Shown here in pieces: positions 39,206-52,225 of a DNA stretch of 64,000 nt. Source of the DNA: Eledone cirrhosa. Taxonomy: Eukaryota. Position numbers and translations under genes: made by a program. A model generated the notes under the pieces. That model saw only the letters and a program-made list of their open reading frames with translations, was not told the origin of the DNA and did no database searches. Within the stretch, counting starts at the first letter, position 1, and each line of letters starts with the position of its first letter. Location: positions 171,492,001 to 171,556,000 of the forward strand of contig OZ024740.1 of the NCBI GenBank assembly GCA_964016885.1, given 5' to 3'.

Positions 39206-41971
39206 TCAGGTGTAGTTTTGGCGTATTTTGGGAAGCATGAGTGTCTTAAAGGATGCAGTGTCTCGGCAGCTAACAATTGACGCAGGCAGTTTGTTCCATG
39301 CTTCAGCAACTCTGAGCGTGAAAAAATGTCTGCGAAAGTCATGGGAGCTGTGCTGTTTTCTTATCTTGTAGGCATGTCCACGTGTGTTAGACACATGGAG
39401 ATCAAAGAGGCGCTCAGGGTTGCAGTTGGCGAGATGGTTAAAAACTTTGTGGGTATTCACCAAGTCCATTGCCAGACGTCGGAGCTTCAATGAATCCATG
39501 CCCAGGGAAGCAAGGCGTTCAGAGTATGGTAGGTGTCTGATGGAGGGTATGCGCTTGGTTGCACGTCTCTGAACAGTTTCCAGGAGGTCAATGTTCCGAG
39601 CAAGATAGGGGTTCCAGACTGATGATGCGAATTCCAAGTGTGGTCGCACCATAGCTGTATACAGTTTTAAATAGATGGCTGGAGAGCGGCTAACAAAGGT
39701 CTTGCTGAGTGATGCCAAGACACCCTCGGCCTTCTTGACAATCTTAGAGACATGCTTTGTCCAACGCAAATCGTTGCTGACAGTAATGCCCAGGTCACGT
39801 TCACAAGAGGACTTTTTGATGTCAGTGTTGTGGAGGGAGTATGTGGACGCTGGATTTTTCCTTCCAAAATGCATGGTGGTACACTTGTCCACAGCCAGCT
39901 TCAGTTGCCAGTCTGTGATCCATTGCTGCATTGTGTCCAGGTCTGATTGTAGGAAAGAGTTTTAAATTTCAGGATCAGTCCTTTTGATTTCAAGGTACAG
40001 CTTGATGTCATCTGCATATTTTAGTACCGTGGCATTCTGTAAGTTGGCATCTATGTCATTAATATATGCCACAAACAAAAGAGGACCAAGAACAGATCCC
40101 TGTGGTACACCAGATGACATCTCATATGGTGAAGAATGCTGTCCTAGAACCGTGACTACTTCCTTTCGGCTGAGAATGAAGGATTTCAGCCAGTCGAAAA
40201 GATCATCCCTCACACCCATTGCAGAGAGTTTTGCCATAAGTCTTTTGTGTGGCACAGAATTAAAAGCCTTAGCAAAGTCAAGGTAAACAACATCCACCCA
40301 TGAGCCGCTGTCAGTGATCCGGGTGATGTCCTCAAGAAACTCGATAAGCTGATCACAGCAGCTGGAGTTAGGGATAAATCCAAACTGTGAGGGCCGGATG
40401 AGGCTGTGAGAGCTCCAGAAGTTCCAAAGTGTTTCTCTGACACAGGATTCCATCAGTTTGGCCATACAGCTAGTAAGACTGACTGGACGATAGTTGACAG
40501 GTGACATGCGGTTGCCCTTTTTGAACAGGGGAATGACACTGGCAGTTTTCCACTGCTCCGGAGTAGCACCATTGCTGAGACAGTATTGAAAGAAAAAAGA
40601 AAGCTGGCGCAAAAGGAAATCCCCGCCACGTTTGAGAAGCAGGTATGTCACACCATCAAGACCAGGGGAGGCATAGTTGCGCTTATTCTTAAGGTGACGT
40701 CGCAATATTGCAGGTGTAAATTCCATAGTTGTTATGGAATTTGATGTTAGAGATGGTGGAGATGGTACATTCTGGTCTTCAACAGTAAAAATACTTGCAT
40801 AGCACTCAGCAATGAGTTCTGCGCATTCCTTGGGATCGTCAGTGATCTGGCTTGTGTGGGGATTGCGAAGAGGACCAACTGGAGAGTGAGGTCTCTGCTT
40901 TGAATGAACATATTTCCAGAACACCTTACTGTCAGGATTGGTTGCGATGCACTGTTCAAATTCAAGCACTGCCTTCTTTGTCACTTGCTTGAGATGGTTA
41001 GAAGATTTATTCCGCTTTTTTCTGTTGGCATCTGATCTATGCAGTTTATATTCCCGTTCAGCGTTCCGACGTTCTTTCCTGGCAAGTCGGACCGCTGAAG
41101 TTTCCCAGATTGCACTTTTGGGGTGGTTATTTTTCCGCTTCCGTGGCACTGATGCTGCACACGCTATCCATATTGAGTCCAGGATGCTCTGGAGTATAGA
41201 GTTCACATCTCCAGAGTTATACATCTCATGCCAGTTTGGGCGCTGTAGCTCAGTGCAGTACAAGTTCCAATCCGCCCTCTTCCAATCAAAGCAAGCAGAT
41301 TGGAGATGGCCCTGGTTTTTGTTGCTGCCCTCAAGTGCCAGATTGGCAATGATCATAGCATGATCAGAGTCGCCTAGAGGTTCCTCAGTAGTACAACTGA
41401 TAACCACTTCAGGAGTAGTGGTGAAGATCAGGTCCAAAGTGTTGTCACCTCTTGTTGGAGAGGTGACTACTTGTGACCAGTTTGAGTCCAGCACTAGTTC
41501 AAGGAAATCGTTTGCACCCTGTAGCCAACGAAAGGTTTCCCAATCGATCTCAGGATGATTGAAGTCACCTGCAATAAACACATAAGTGGCTGTTTTCTTG
41601 GCAGCAACTCTGAGGATATCGCAAAGCTGTGTGTCCTGATGGTAGTTTGGGGGTCGATAAACAACACCAAGCAGAAGTGTTGACATGGTCATACGTATGT
41701 CACAGAAAAAAACTTCTTCCTGTGATTCGTTCAAATCAACGCAAGGAATTACCGAAAAGTTTGAACGAACGTAGACCATCACACCACAACCACGGCGGTT
41801 AATGCGGTCCTTGCGGAAAAGGTTGTACCCAGTAATGGTGAAAACCCCATCACAGAGTAAGGAATGTGCCCATGTTTCCGTGACTGTGATGAAGTCAGGG
41901 TCGATGCTTCTGACGTAGGATTCGAACAGATGTATCTTGTTGCATAAACTGCGAGCATTTAATGACAACAA
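39206..41971 (-). pseudogene. CR1 ORF2 (AP endonuclease plus reverse transcriptase), single in-frame TAA at 39962-39964
   Basis: ORFs 39962..41971 and 39206..39931 are in the same frame, 30 nt apart. NARS, TETW, GDFN, SDH and YADD motifs are present. Confidence 0.92.
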
Positions 41972-42027
41972 TTTGTACCCTGCTCGCAGTTTATGATGGT
42001 GTGTAGAGGGTGGCAGGTTGTTCTGGT

Positions 42028-43392
42028 TTAGTTTCCCAGAGTTGTAGCAGTTTTTACATTGCCAGTTATTGCGGATAGATCACACTCAGACCAGCTGGTA
42101 TCTCTCTTCCACGTTTCACCAGCCTTGACAAACCTCCAGATCTGCCCATCATCACGCAGACTGAAACTTTCATCTTGTGCTGAGTTCCGATTCAAGGAAG
42201 CTGCAGCACGTAGTTTTGGACGTACATGGGGTGGTAGGCCTGGGCGTGTTCGGAAGGTAATCCGATTTTCACGCCCAGCTTTAGCAGAGGCCAGATGATA
42301 TGAGGTTGCCTCTGCGGGGTCCGAGAAAGACAGCCTGATGAGTCTGGGTTTTGGACCAGGTCAACCAAGGCGGAGGGCACCCTTTGGGGGAACACAGCCT
42401 AGGTCTTTGGCTGAGCTGGCAGCAAATGCCTGAAGATCAGCCTTGTCCTCTGGTACCCCAATGGCAATCACTTCATGGGTAGCAGATTCCGCAGTCTTTT
42501 CAGTCTTTCCAGCAAGAGGTACAGGGAGATTCTTTAGCAAGGCATTCCGATAAGACCCCTCATTGTGGGGTCCTACCCGAATGCTTGCCTCTATTCCTGC
42601 AACTTCCCTTCTCAGAGCAGAAATCATTAGTTGCAGTTCCGCAAAATCTGTACTGGTCGGTTGTTGTTGTTGTTGTTGTTGCTGCTGCTGCTGCTGTCGT
42701 TGTTGGTGATGATGATGTTCCTCCACGGGAATGGCAGGGGAGGACACAGTCGCAGGTTGTTGCTGTTGTTGGTGATGATGATGTTCCTCCACGGGAATGG
42801 CAGGGGAGGACACAGTCGCAGGTTGTTGCTGTTGTTGTTGTTGGTGATGATGATGTTCCTCCACGGGAATGGTAGGGGAAGACACAGTCACCAGTTGTTG
42901 GTGTCGAGATGTACTGGGAGTTGAAGACATGGGTTGTTGTTGTTTCTGATGTTCTCCCACAGGAATAACAGTAGAAGCCAGTGTCATGGGTTTTTGCCGT
43001 TGTTCAGTAACAATGGTAGAGGAAGACATAGTCATTGGTTTTTGTTGTTGTTTTTCAATAACATTAATAACATTCGTGAAGGCAGGCACACAGGCCAGAC
43101 ACTGAAAGGACCAGGATTTTAGCTGGACCATCTCCCATATTCCATCCATCATAGCATTATGATGTCTCTTTTTTTGGCCTGGGATCCTCTGGAAGCCTGT
43201 GGCGCATTGAAGGCAGACAGAGATGCGACAGGTTCCACATTCGACCCAGCGATTACGGAACGAGTTTTCGGGTTCCGCACAGATATGGCAGATGTGATTT
43301 TCTGGGCAATGTTCTATCTTGGGACATCGGCCGGTTTTGTCGCATATTTCATCGATGGATATCACCATGGCAATTTTGTTATTTCTACCCAT
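42028..43392 (-). pseudogene. CR1 ORF1 (PHD-like finger, Q/H repeats, coiled coil), one internal TGA at 42361-42363
   Basis: CHIC..WVECGTC..C..C..FQCLAC and VIAIGVPED. The frame continues after the stop as RLG*PGPKPRLIRLSF...TTLGN*. Confidence 0.82.
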
Positions 43393-44958
43393 CCGTAGAA
43401 AAACACAGAATGTAAACAATATAGGTTTAGCGCACTTGATTACGATAGAAATAAAATGTCTGTTTTTTTGTGTATTTTGTTTCCGTTTTCCTAAATGTTG
43501 TGTGTGTACAGAAGAGTCTGAATTACATTACATGTAAACAAATAAATATGCTGCGTAAGTTAAATGAAACGTACTGTAGAAGGCAGTTGTTTATTAACAG
43601 CGAAATAAGGTTTTTTTTTGTTTTTTTCCCCCCTGCTTCTTTATAGTAAACTTTCAATAATATTTTTTTTTCCAAATTATTAACTTTCAGCTGCTAGTAT
43701 ATATATATAATTAAAAGGTGTATGTGGGTTAGAAGCGAGGTCAATGTTAAGAAATATTTTACCAATGTAAATTGGTAAAATTGGCCGGTATAGTGTCTCA
43801 CACGAAATAGTGTGGTTTCTTTTCACGTGTGTGTATATGCATATGGTATGTATCTGTATATAAATCTGTGTGTATATTGTTGTTTATATGTTTTGTGGAG
43901 TACTTACTGCGATCCTTAAGGGACGTAGTGATTTGTTTTGTTTTTTTTTCCTTTTTTCCCCGTCCATGTCCACACATGGTTTGTTGGCGAAAATCAAGTC
44001 AAATTATATATACTTCGTTAAAATAATTCTATCTTGAAACTGGTACTAGTTGTCAGGGAACAGTGAAAGTAATTGTGATAATGAATATTGTAATCCATCT
44101 GACATGTGTTTAAAGGGCAGTTTTTGGTGAAAATATTATATTTTGTTCGGTCAAGACGTGGTCAAGCGACCTTCCTTGTTGCCATGTTAACTCCCTTATC
44201 CTTTTAAGTACTAACCAGTCAGCAATGACATGTCCAGCCTAGATGTTAAATGATGATGATAATGTTAGTTAGGAAAGGAGTAAACAGAGAGTTTTTGAGA
44301 GATACCAGAAATGGTATTAAAACCACTTATTATGCTTCCGTAACAAAACAGATTTCCTTATATAGCTGGATTTAAAGGTAAAGAAAATGGGTTACTTTGA
44401 CAACAAAAATCACAAATATACAGTAATAACAGCTTGTTGCTCATCCACTTATTTATTTTTACATGTTAGAAACCTTAAGTTTATCATCATGTTTATGTCT
44501 ACTTCTCCATACTGCCATAGGTTACACGAGATAGTCATTTTAGTCAATTCTTACAATATACACTATATCTATTCTAAACACTAATATACATGATATATAT
44601 TGTGTAAAAACACACGGTATAGCATTTACATTACTCTATATACACTATTGCATTTTTGTGGCAAAAGCTTTATCTAACATAATTATCTCACATAATACTG
44701 AATCTATGAAATTTTGATAACAATACCTTAACATCGGTATGAGTAGCCGGTTACAGCTGGATTGAACAGAAAGAAGTGAGAGAATTTTGGCCAGATACGA
44801 CCAGTTTAAATGCTAAAGGGTTAAATCCACAAGAGGAAATATAATCAATGTTAAAGAGTAAAGATTCCAATTTATCTTTAGTATCTTTTTTTAAATTATT
44901 TTAATTTCAATCAATACACTCTTCAATTATCTTCAGGTGAACAAATCTAATTACTTAC

Positions 44959-45090
44959 ATCAAATTCAACATCAAATTCATATTTTAGTAGATTGTGTAT
45001 GTACCAACATTTCCCAAACCATCTTGTGCCTTCTTTATTTGACTCTAATCGAAACCAATCATTGTCTGCATCTTTATTATTTTTAACATA
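44959..45090 (-). CDS. UFC1: UFC1 exon 2
   Basis: tcttcAG|[44 protein letters not shown]|GTaagt. Confidence 0.97.
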
Positions 45091-45314
45091 CTGAAGAAGA
45101 AAAAAGAGAGAGTAAAATAATGTGAAGAATAATTTTGAAATATAATTTTTAGTTTTTGAAAATAAAAGAAAGATATCTAAAGATACAACGCAAGTATTTT
45201 CAGGCCATTTTCCTTACTAAAACGGGTTAGGCTTGAGGGCCTCATGACAGGTTTTATACTCATCATGGGGTCCTTTTTGAGGCAATGTTCTACAGCTGGA
45301 TGCTCTTCTTAAAA

Positions 45315-45530
45315 TGATAATAATAATGAAAATTATTCTGTATAGTGCTGAGGTGCACTACAACTCATCAAAGGTGCATGTATAGTACATAGAATAATGT
45401 ACAAATGTCAGGAAAGTGAACAGTGTATGGGTCATGATATACACAGACACACACACACATATGTGTGTGTGTGTGTATGGAGGGGGAATATCAAGTGTAG
45501 TGTTGGCAAATTTCGGGAACCATGGAGGTT
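45315..45530 (-). mobile_element. Short 3' fragment of the same CR1 family
   Basis: aataataatgaa..aggtgcactacaactcatcaaaggtgcatg is shared with 15554 and 38918. Confidence 0.85.
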
Positions 45531-46224
45531 TTGGTACCAACTCTTTTAGTTGTCTCTTATGACACACAAAAATACTGTGTACCTATTTTTAACTGACTAC
45601 ACACAGCAATATTTTAAGATAGATAAATAAATTTATTATTAAGCTAAAAAAATATAAAGAAAAAGGTGAGAGTTCAACAATTTCTTTCTGTTTGTTTCTG
45701 TCTATTTGGTGGATTTTTATTTGGATACAAAACTACCTGAAACTGTCCCTAGTTCTATAATACAAAACTGCATATTTAAAGATGTTTATAGTTATCTAAA
45801 AACTTTTCATCATAATTTTATGTAAGAGCCTTTTGTTAACTTAAGTTCCAAACATCAGTTTGTAATTAGAAAGGTTAGTTATATTACTAAATCCTTCCAA
45901 ATTTGTAATTATTTTCAAAGTTATATGAAAATCATAAGCAGTCTTTCATTAGAAGTATAGTAAAGAAAGGGCTAAAAAATACGAGTGATAATGACATTGT
46001 TTGATGAGTGTTAATGGCACTTCTTAACTGGCCATTCAATCGATTGTTGTTGTTGTCTAGCCATCATCAAATAGACTTATGAGTAAAGATGCTTTAGCCA
46101 TAGCAATCCTGCCTTAGATTATCTTTAAATTTATCACTTCAATTTCACTGTTGTCAATCTGAAGCTACTACATTTGGTGGCTGGCTAAAGAATTACATAT
46201 ACATATATAAATATGCTCTTTTCC

Positions 46225-47915
46225 TTGTACGACAACTACAGGAGAAGTACTTAGCTAAAAGTAAACCCCTCTACTTAGCTTTTGTTGACTTGGAGAAAGC
46301 CTTTGACAGAGTCCCCCGCTCCATTATCTGGTGGGCACCTTAAAAAACTAGGTGTAGATGAATGGATTGTGAGAGCTATACAAGCCATCTATAAAGAAAC
46401 AGTCAGCAAGGTTAGAATTAAAAATGAATATAGTGAAGAGTTTAGCGTAAAAGTTGGTGTTCATCAAGGCTCTGTCCTTAGCCCCCTCCTGTTTATTGCC
46501 CTTCAGGCTATAACAGAGGAGTTTAAGACCGACTGTCCATGGGAACTTCTATATGCAGATGATCTAACTCTCATAGTTGAATCTATGGCCGAACTAGAGA
46601 AGAAATTCCAAACATGGAAGCATGGCCTAGAATCAAAAGGCCTTAAAATTAACTTGTCTAAGACTAAAGTTCTAGTATGTAGAAAGGAAAATAGAGCACA
46701 GGTGCCCTCTGGGAAATGGCCATGCTTAGTGTGTAGGAAAGGAGTAGGTAGGAATTCCATTTTATGTCCCAAATGCAAACTATGGGTACATAAAAGATCT
46801 AGTGGGATCACAGGCAAGCCATCTAAGAACATAGATTTTATATGTGGCCGATGCTCAGGTGCAATAAGTAGCAGGTGCCCACAGGATACTAGCTCCTTCT
46901 ACTGCCCAGATGGTTCTATAGAAATAGTGGACACTTTCCGTTACCTGGGTGACAAAATCAGCAGTGGTGGAGGTTGCCCTGAAAGTACAGTAGCCAGAGT
47001 TAGAATTGGATGGAAAAAGTTCAGAGAGCTTATACCACTGTTGGCCACAAAAGGTTTCTCTCTAAAAATGAAAGGCAGATTGTACGATGCTTGTATACGA
47101 ACAGCAATGTTACATGGCAGTAAGACATGGGCATTGTGTGCAGAGGACCTGCGCAGAAAGGAATGAAGCATGCATACTCTGTTGGATGTGTAATAGTCAT
47201 ATACACGAACGGCTAAACATAAATGAACTAAGTGAGAAATTAGGAATAAGAGGAATCAGATGCTGTTTACCTGAGAAGATTACGTTGGTATGGTCATGTG
47301 ATGCACATGAAAGATGACAGCTGTATAAAAAAGTGCAGGGCGATCAAAATTGATGGAAGTTATGGAGTAGGTAGACCCAGAAAAACCTGGGACAACTTAA
47401 TAAATTCCGACCTTGCACACTTGCGCCTCTCTAAGACAATGTCACTGGACCGAGATCTTTGTCGCCACGCAGTAATACAGAAGACCCGCCTTCACTACAT
47501 GCAAAGTTAACCTACAGTCAGTAGGCTCCCCCAAACCAAACATACACCCTAACCCCCTACTCCATCCTTCCACTCCCGCCAACACCACCCTTTCTCTATA
47601 AAGTTATGTTGGAACCACAACATCCAGCCCAAACAAATGAGGTTGTGTAGGTGTCACAACCCCCCCCCCCAAAAAAAAAAAAACACTGTCCACGCTGTAA
47701 TGTGGTCATGTAGGTAACACGGTAAAAACCTCCCAGTCCACACTGTAAATATGGTTGGTGTTAGGAAGGGCATCCAGCAGCAGAAAACTTGCCAGATAGT
47801 CCTATACGAGCGAGACATGGTCACCCGACCAATCTTGCCTCTAAATGGGACAATTCCCGTCTAACCCATGCTAGCGTGGAAGATAGACGTTAAACGATGA
47901 TGATGATGATGATGA
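46225..47915 (+). mobile_element. RTE LINE, 5'-truncated
   Basis: ORF 46282..47166 has GVHQGSVLSP, YADD and the zinc finger. Followed by a 3'UTR and (GAT)n tail. Confidence 0.93.
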
Positions 47916-48329
47916 TATATATATATATATATATATACATACACATATATATATGAATTGATTTAAAAATAGGGCTGTGTGGTTACTAGGAAATGTTATA
48001 AAGAAACACGAGGGAACAGAAAACATCTGTCTTCTGTGTTTTCTGATTCCTTTTTCCCCCACGTTTCTTTATAATATATATATATATATATGCATGTATG
48101 TATGGATGTTTAATTGTTTATTGTTGATGTTTCAAACAATCGAGACACCAAATATATATAATACAAACGTCTACCTGGTCATTCGATTGGCTAGAAATAG
48201 GATCCAAATCTCCCTGAAATAACACCCTACCATCTTAAAAAGAGGAAGCACACATTCGATAATGGTAGTCCTAGATACTTCTCAAAAGGAGGTATGGTGT
48301 CAACTTGCTTGACATGGCAGCTCCCTGCC

Positions 48330-48680
48330 CAGACCGGTGAACAGTATTCTGCAACTGAGTGTGCATCAGATCCCCAGCTGTTTGCTGCTAACTTGCGGAT
48401 GATATTAATCCTGTTCGTGAGCTTTTTAGCAACCCTCTTTAGGTGCTCTCATTAGGTCAGGCTGTGATCCAATGTTACACCAAGATATTTGGGGTGTGGT
48501 TCATTCTTGACAGGTCTAGCACAGAAGGAGGCCTTGAGTTCCATCCTAGCTTGTCTGGTGTTGAGATGGAAGGTTGTCACAATGGTCTTGCTTGGGTTGG
48601 GCTGAAGGCGACAGTAGGAGTAGTAGGCCTCTATTGAGTAGTAGTCCTCCATCTTCAGCGAATGGGAGATGGCAACCTTC
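48330..48680 (-). mobile_element. Decayed LINE RT C-terminal fragment
   Basis: YYSYCRLQPNPSKTIVTTFHLN..PHPKYLGVTLDHSLT. Confidence 0.72.
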
Positions 48681-48957
48681 ATGTGGTTCATCATGTATGG
48701 AATTCATTCCAACTAATGGTATAGCTTGATATATGCCCATGGTCACGGTTGGAATGTCTTTGATCATATATCTATTTAATCATGATCTAGTTTGGGCTAA
48801 ACAACAATATACGTTTTAATATTTAATAGATGAAATTGTTGATTACCTTTTCTGTTAGCAATTATTGACATAATATGCATGTAGGCTAAAATTAATTAAT
48901 ATTCAGCATTTGGAAATAGTGTTTGTAGAGACACTCATTATGCGAGTGTGTATATGT

Positions 48958-48991
<34 letters not shown>

Positions 48992-49412
48992 GATATATTA
49001 AACACACACACACATATATATGTGTGTGTGTGTGTATCTCTTTATAGCAACAGTGACTATATAGACTTTGTAAATGTTTTTTCATAGATTCATTGATAAC
49101 GTGTAAATTGGTGCCTTTCATTCTGAAATACGGTTTTGTTTTGTGTGGGTGTTTTATTTCTATATTCTAATTAGGCGTTTAATTGATAAGAACAGACAAG
49201 GTGAATTCTATATTCTAACAACAAAAATAATGAATTTCATCTGTAATATAAAATAAGTAAAGGAAGCTGTGTAAATGATATACAGGCAAAATAAAGTGAA
49301 AACAAAGATGATGAAACAGCTGACAACCAGCCCAACTGAATGTTTGCTAAACACACCATATTGATGAGTATTAATATATGAAAAACAAATTAATCTGTTA
49401 ATTTTAACGAAC

Positions 49413-49535
49413 CGTTATTAAAGACATGTATTCTTCTTTAAGTCGCTGGACCCAGAGCTCGCCATCGCGTGGACCAGCTTTGGTTTTTAATAAAGGAACC
49501 TGTGCTAGAGTTTTCTTCGTGACTTCGTCCACCAT
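49413..49535 (-). CDS. UFC1: UFC1 exon 1
   Basis: [41 protein letters not shown]|GTtcgt. The five exons sum to 504 nt, or 167 aa plus stop. Confidence 0.96.
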
Positions 49536-50439
49536 GTTGAAAATTTAAGAGAAGTTATCTCCCTTGATCGTCACTCTTGCTGTTTAATATTGAACTTGTC
49601 AAATGACTAATTTTCGTGAACAATCGATGAAATATTACTGGTGGATATTTTATTAACTCTAATGAGGGACAAAATCAACTGTGGTTTGAATGTAGCTTCT
49701 ACATTGCTCTTACTTTTAACGGGTTTCTTAAATTGGCAGACGACCACATTTATAGAGAATGGATTATAGTTAATTGAATCGACAAATCGGCTATTTGTTT
49801 TTGATGTTTTTTTTCCCACCCTCGGATAAATGAAAGGCAATGTCAAATTCAGCTGGATTTGAGCTCAGAACTGAAACCGATGAAAGGAGTCAGGAGCATT
49901 ATAACAACAATATATAACAAATATACAAACTAAAAGAGAGTCCCCCTAACCACCGAGAAACGATGTTTCTTCCAGTTTTAAAAATAACGAATCATATTAC
50001 AGATATTTTCTGACAACCGAATAATGGAACAGCATGCTCATAGCTAGAAAATATTTAATCTTGCGGTGTGCTAGATCAGGACTGATTGAGGTTCAAGCAA
50101 CAATTTCACTACATCATATTCATAAAACTGGTAAAATAAATGTGACTTTAGAAAGCAGTGGGTAAGTAACTGGGAGATTAGCATATCCTATTTACATAAG
50201 CACTGTAAAATTGTTCTTAGAAGTATAAAAAAATATCGTGCAATATTACAGCATGTCGATAAAATAAAGTACCAGTAATGAACTGGTTAATTGCTGGCCT
50301 TGTGCCTAAAGTAGAAACAAATATTACAGCATAGAAACGAAATCACTTCAAGGGAAATAGTTCTTAGTCTACAGAAAGAGTTATTTCCCTTAAACCTTAA
50401 ACTGTAACCTGCCAATATTTAACCGAATGAAGCTTAAAA

Positions 50440-50625
50440 AATAATTGTTTCTACTTTAGGCGCAAGGCCAGCAATTACCCAGTGCATTACTGGTACTTTA
50501 TTTTATCGACCCCGTAAGGGTGAAAGGCAAAGTAAACCTCGGCGGGATTTGAAGTCAGACCGTAAAGGGACGTAACTATGCTGGAAAGCATGGCGTCCGA
50601 CTCTCTACCGATACTGCCAATCCAC
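50440..50625 (-). mobile_element. MetaSINE-type SINE
   Basis: Near identical to the array units at 23581-23770. Confidence 0.88.
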
Positions 50626-50719
50626 AATAATTTTCAGAGTGAGGCGATAAAAAGGTTGCTTTATAATTAGTCCTTATGTCTTCTCACATACACTGAGATG
50701 TAATCTAATGATTGCTTTA

Positions 50720-51590
50720 TAGTCTTGGCGGATCTAGTAGAGAATGAGGAGAGAGATGATCTGACTGTGGCGGTCCAACTGATAGGGTCTGTTCTTGCGG
50801 GTGTCAATGTCCATTCTTATCCAAGTGAGTAGGGAGGTGGTTCGAGGACCCAGGACGTCAGATGTTTCCACCGCTATGGGGTCAGTGAGCAGATAGTACT
50901 TTGTCATCTTGAGATCTACAAAACCAGAGTCTGACGCTGGTTTACCAGTTTGAAGCTGGAGAAAGTATTTCTGCAGGTTTCATCCCAGATAAAGGAGCTT
51001 ACCACTTCGGATAGGAAAGATTGTGAAGCCCTCTGGCCTTTTGCTTCTTTCTTGGTCGTATCGTGCCAGTTAAAGATGTGATGGGATGTCGGCTACATCC
51101 AAGACGTGTTTAACAATTTCGTTGAGAGTAATATGAAGAGGCTGATGTCTGAAAGTGTTTACTGTAGACCAGTAACTGTATTTTTGTGGCTCGCAGATTT
51201 GGAGACAGCTTGAGTGAAAATCCAATGCGGAGACAGTCATTATACAGCTGAGTACTATTTGATGGCAAGGGTATGGCGTTCAGCCTGACACCACTGTGAT
51301 GCTGGGCGATGGAGGTCAAACATGCCAATTGGTGTTGATTAAGCAGGTACACAAAGTTGTCCGAAGTTTTGTCAATGGATAGCATCATATTTGAGTTATA
51401 CAGATAGAACATCCGGACCCCAAATACCAAGTCGAGTCGAGATCGCATGGACAGGTTCTTATGCCCTGGTCGTGATAGGTTTTTCGGTAGTGTAGAGAAT
51501 GTTGCTTATAAGGACGCAGTAGAAGATGAAGGAAGAAATAAATGTTGCCTATTCTAAATGGGATGAGTGCTCCAGCGCGACCACATAGGA
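50720..51590 (+). mobile_element. Very decayed L1/Tx1-like LINE fragment (tentative)
   Basis: GC-richer stretch with scattered RT-like peptides (CEAL..FASF, MARVWRSA-like) and no intact motif. Confidence 0.3.
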
Positions 51591-51661
51591 TTTGAAAGTT
51601 GTTTGAAATTGTTTATTATTAGCACAAGACTTCAGGTTAATATTAGAGGGTCATAAGAGCA

Positions 51662-51870
51662 GTGGATTGGCAGTATCGGTAGAGGGTCGGATGCCATGCT
51701 TTGCAGCATTGAGTTACGGCCCTTTATGATCTGAGTTCAAATCCCGCCGAGATTAACTTTGCCTTTCATCCTTACGGGTCGATAAAATAAAGTACCAGTC
51801 ACTTATGGGTCGATTTAATCGACTTTCCCTCTCCCAATATTGCTGGCCTTGTGTCTATATAAGAAACCAA
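51662..51870 (+). mobile_element. MetaSINE-type SINE
   Basis: A and B boxes plus the core. Confidence 0.87.
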
Positions 51871-51915
51871 TATTAGCGGGGCCATTAATTAGCATAAATA
51901 TTCCGAAAACATGTA

Positions 51916-52225
51916 GGCTGCGTGTGGCCTAGTGATTAGAGTGATACTATCACATGAGTTCGATTCCTGGACCGGACTGTGCGTTGTATTTTTGAGCAGA
52001 ACAGGCTATTTCACGTTGTTCCAGTTCATTCAGACTGTATCCAAACTGTGTCGGCCTTTACTTTTTCCGTGGACAACATCGGTGGCGCGGAGAGGAGAGA
52101 TTGCCGTGTATGGGAGACTGCTGGTCCATCACAAAAACACTTTTCCCGTGCTTGTGTTTCGTTGAGGAACTTTCTATGTCGAAACCCATGGTCAGCCATA
52201 GCCAAAGGGGGCTTCCTGTGCTTTA
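51916..52225 (+). mobile_element. tRNA-derived SINE of a different family
   Basis: A-box tggcctagtga, B-box gagttcgattcc, then a ttgagcagaaca..ttcacgttg.tccagt.cattcag core-like segment. Confidence 0.65.

Larger units (their letters stand above)
38918..44195 (-). mobile_element. Near full-length CR1-clade LINE in UFC1 intron 2 (sense orientation); 5' boundary uncertain
   Basis: Contains ORF1 (PHD finger, coiled coil), ORF2 (APE plus RT), a 3'UTR with an internal duplication, and an (ATT)n tail. Confidence 0.92.

Noticed and set aside
15554-41836. Segmental duplication explaining the two CR1 copies
   Set aside because: Similarity stops at the element ends and the flanks are unrelated.
42361-42363. 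Selenocysteine or programmed read-through TGA in CR1 ORF1
   Set aside because: The RLG*PGPKPRL context fits a simple CGA-to-TGA CpG mutation. Only one copy is available and no SECIS was seen.
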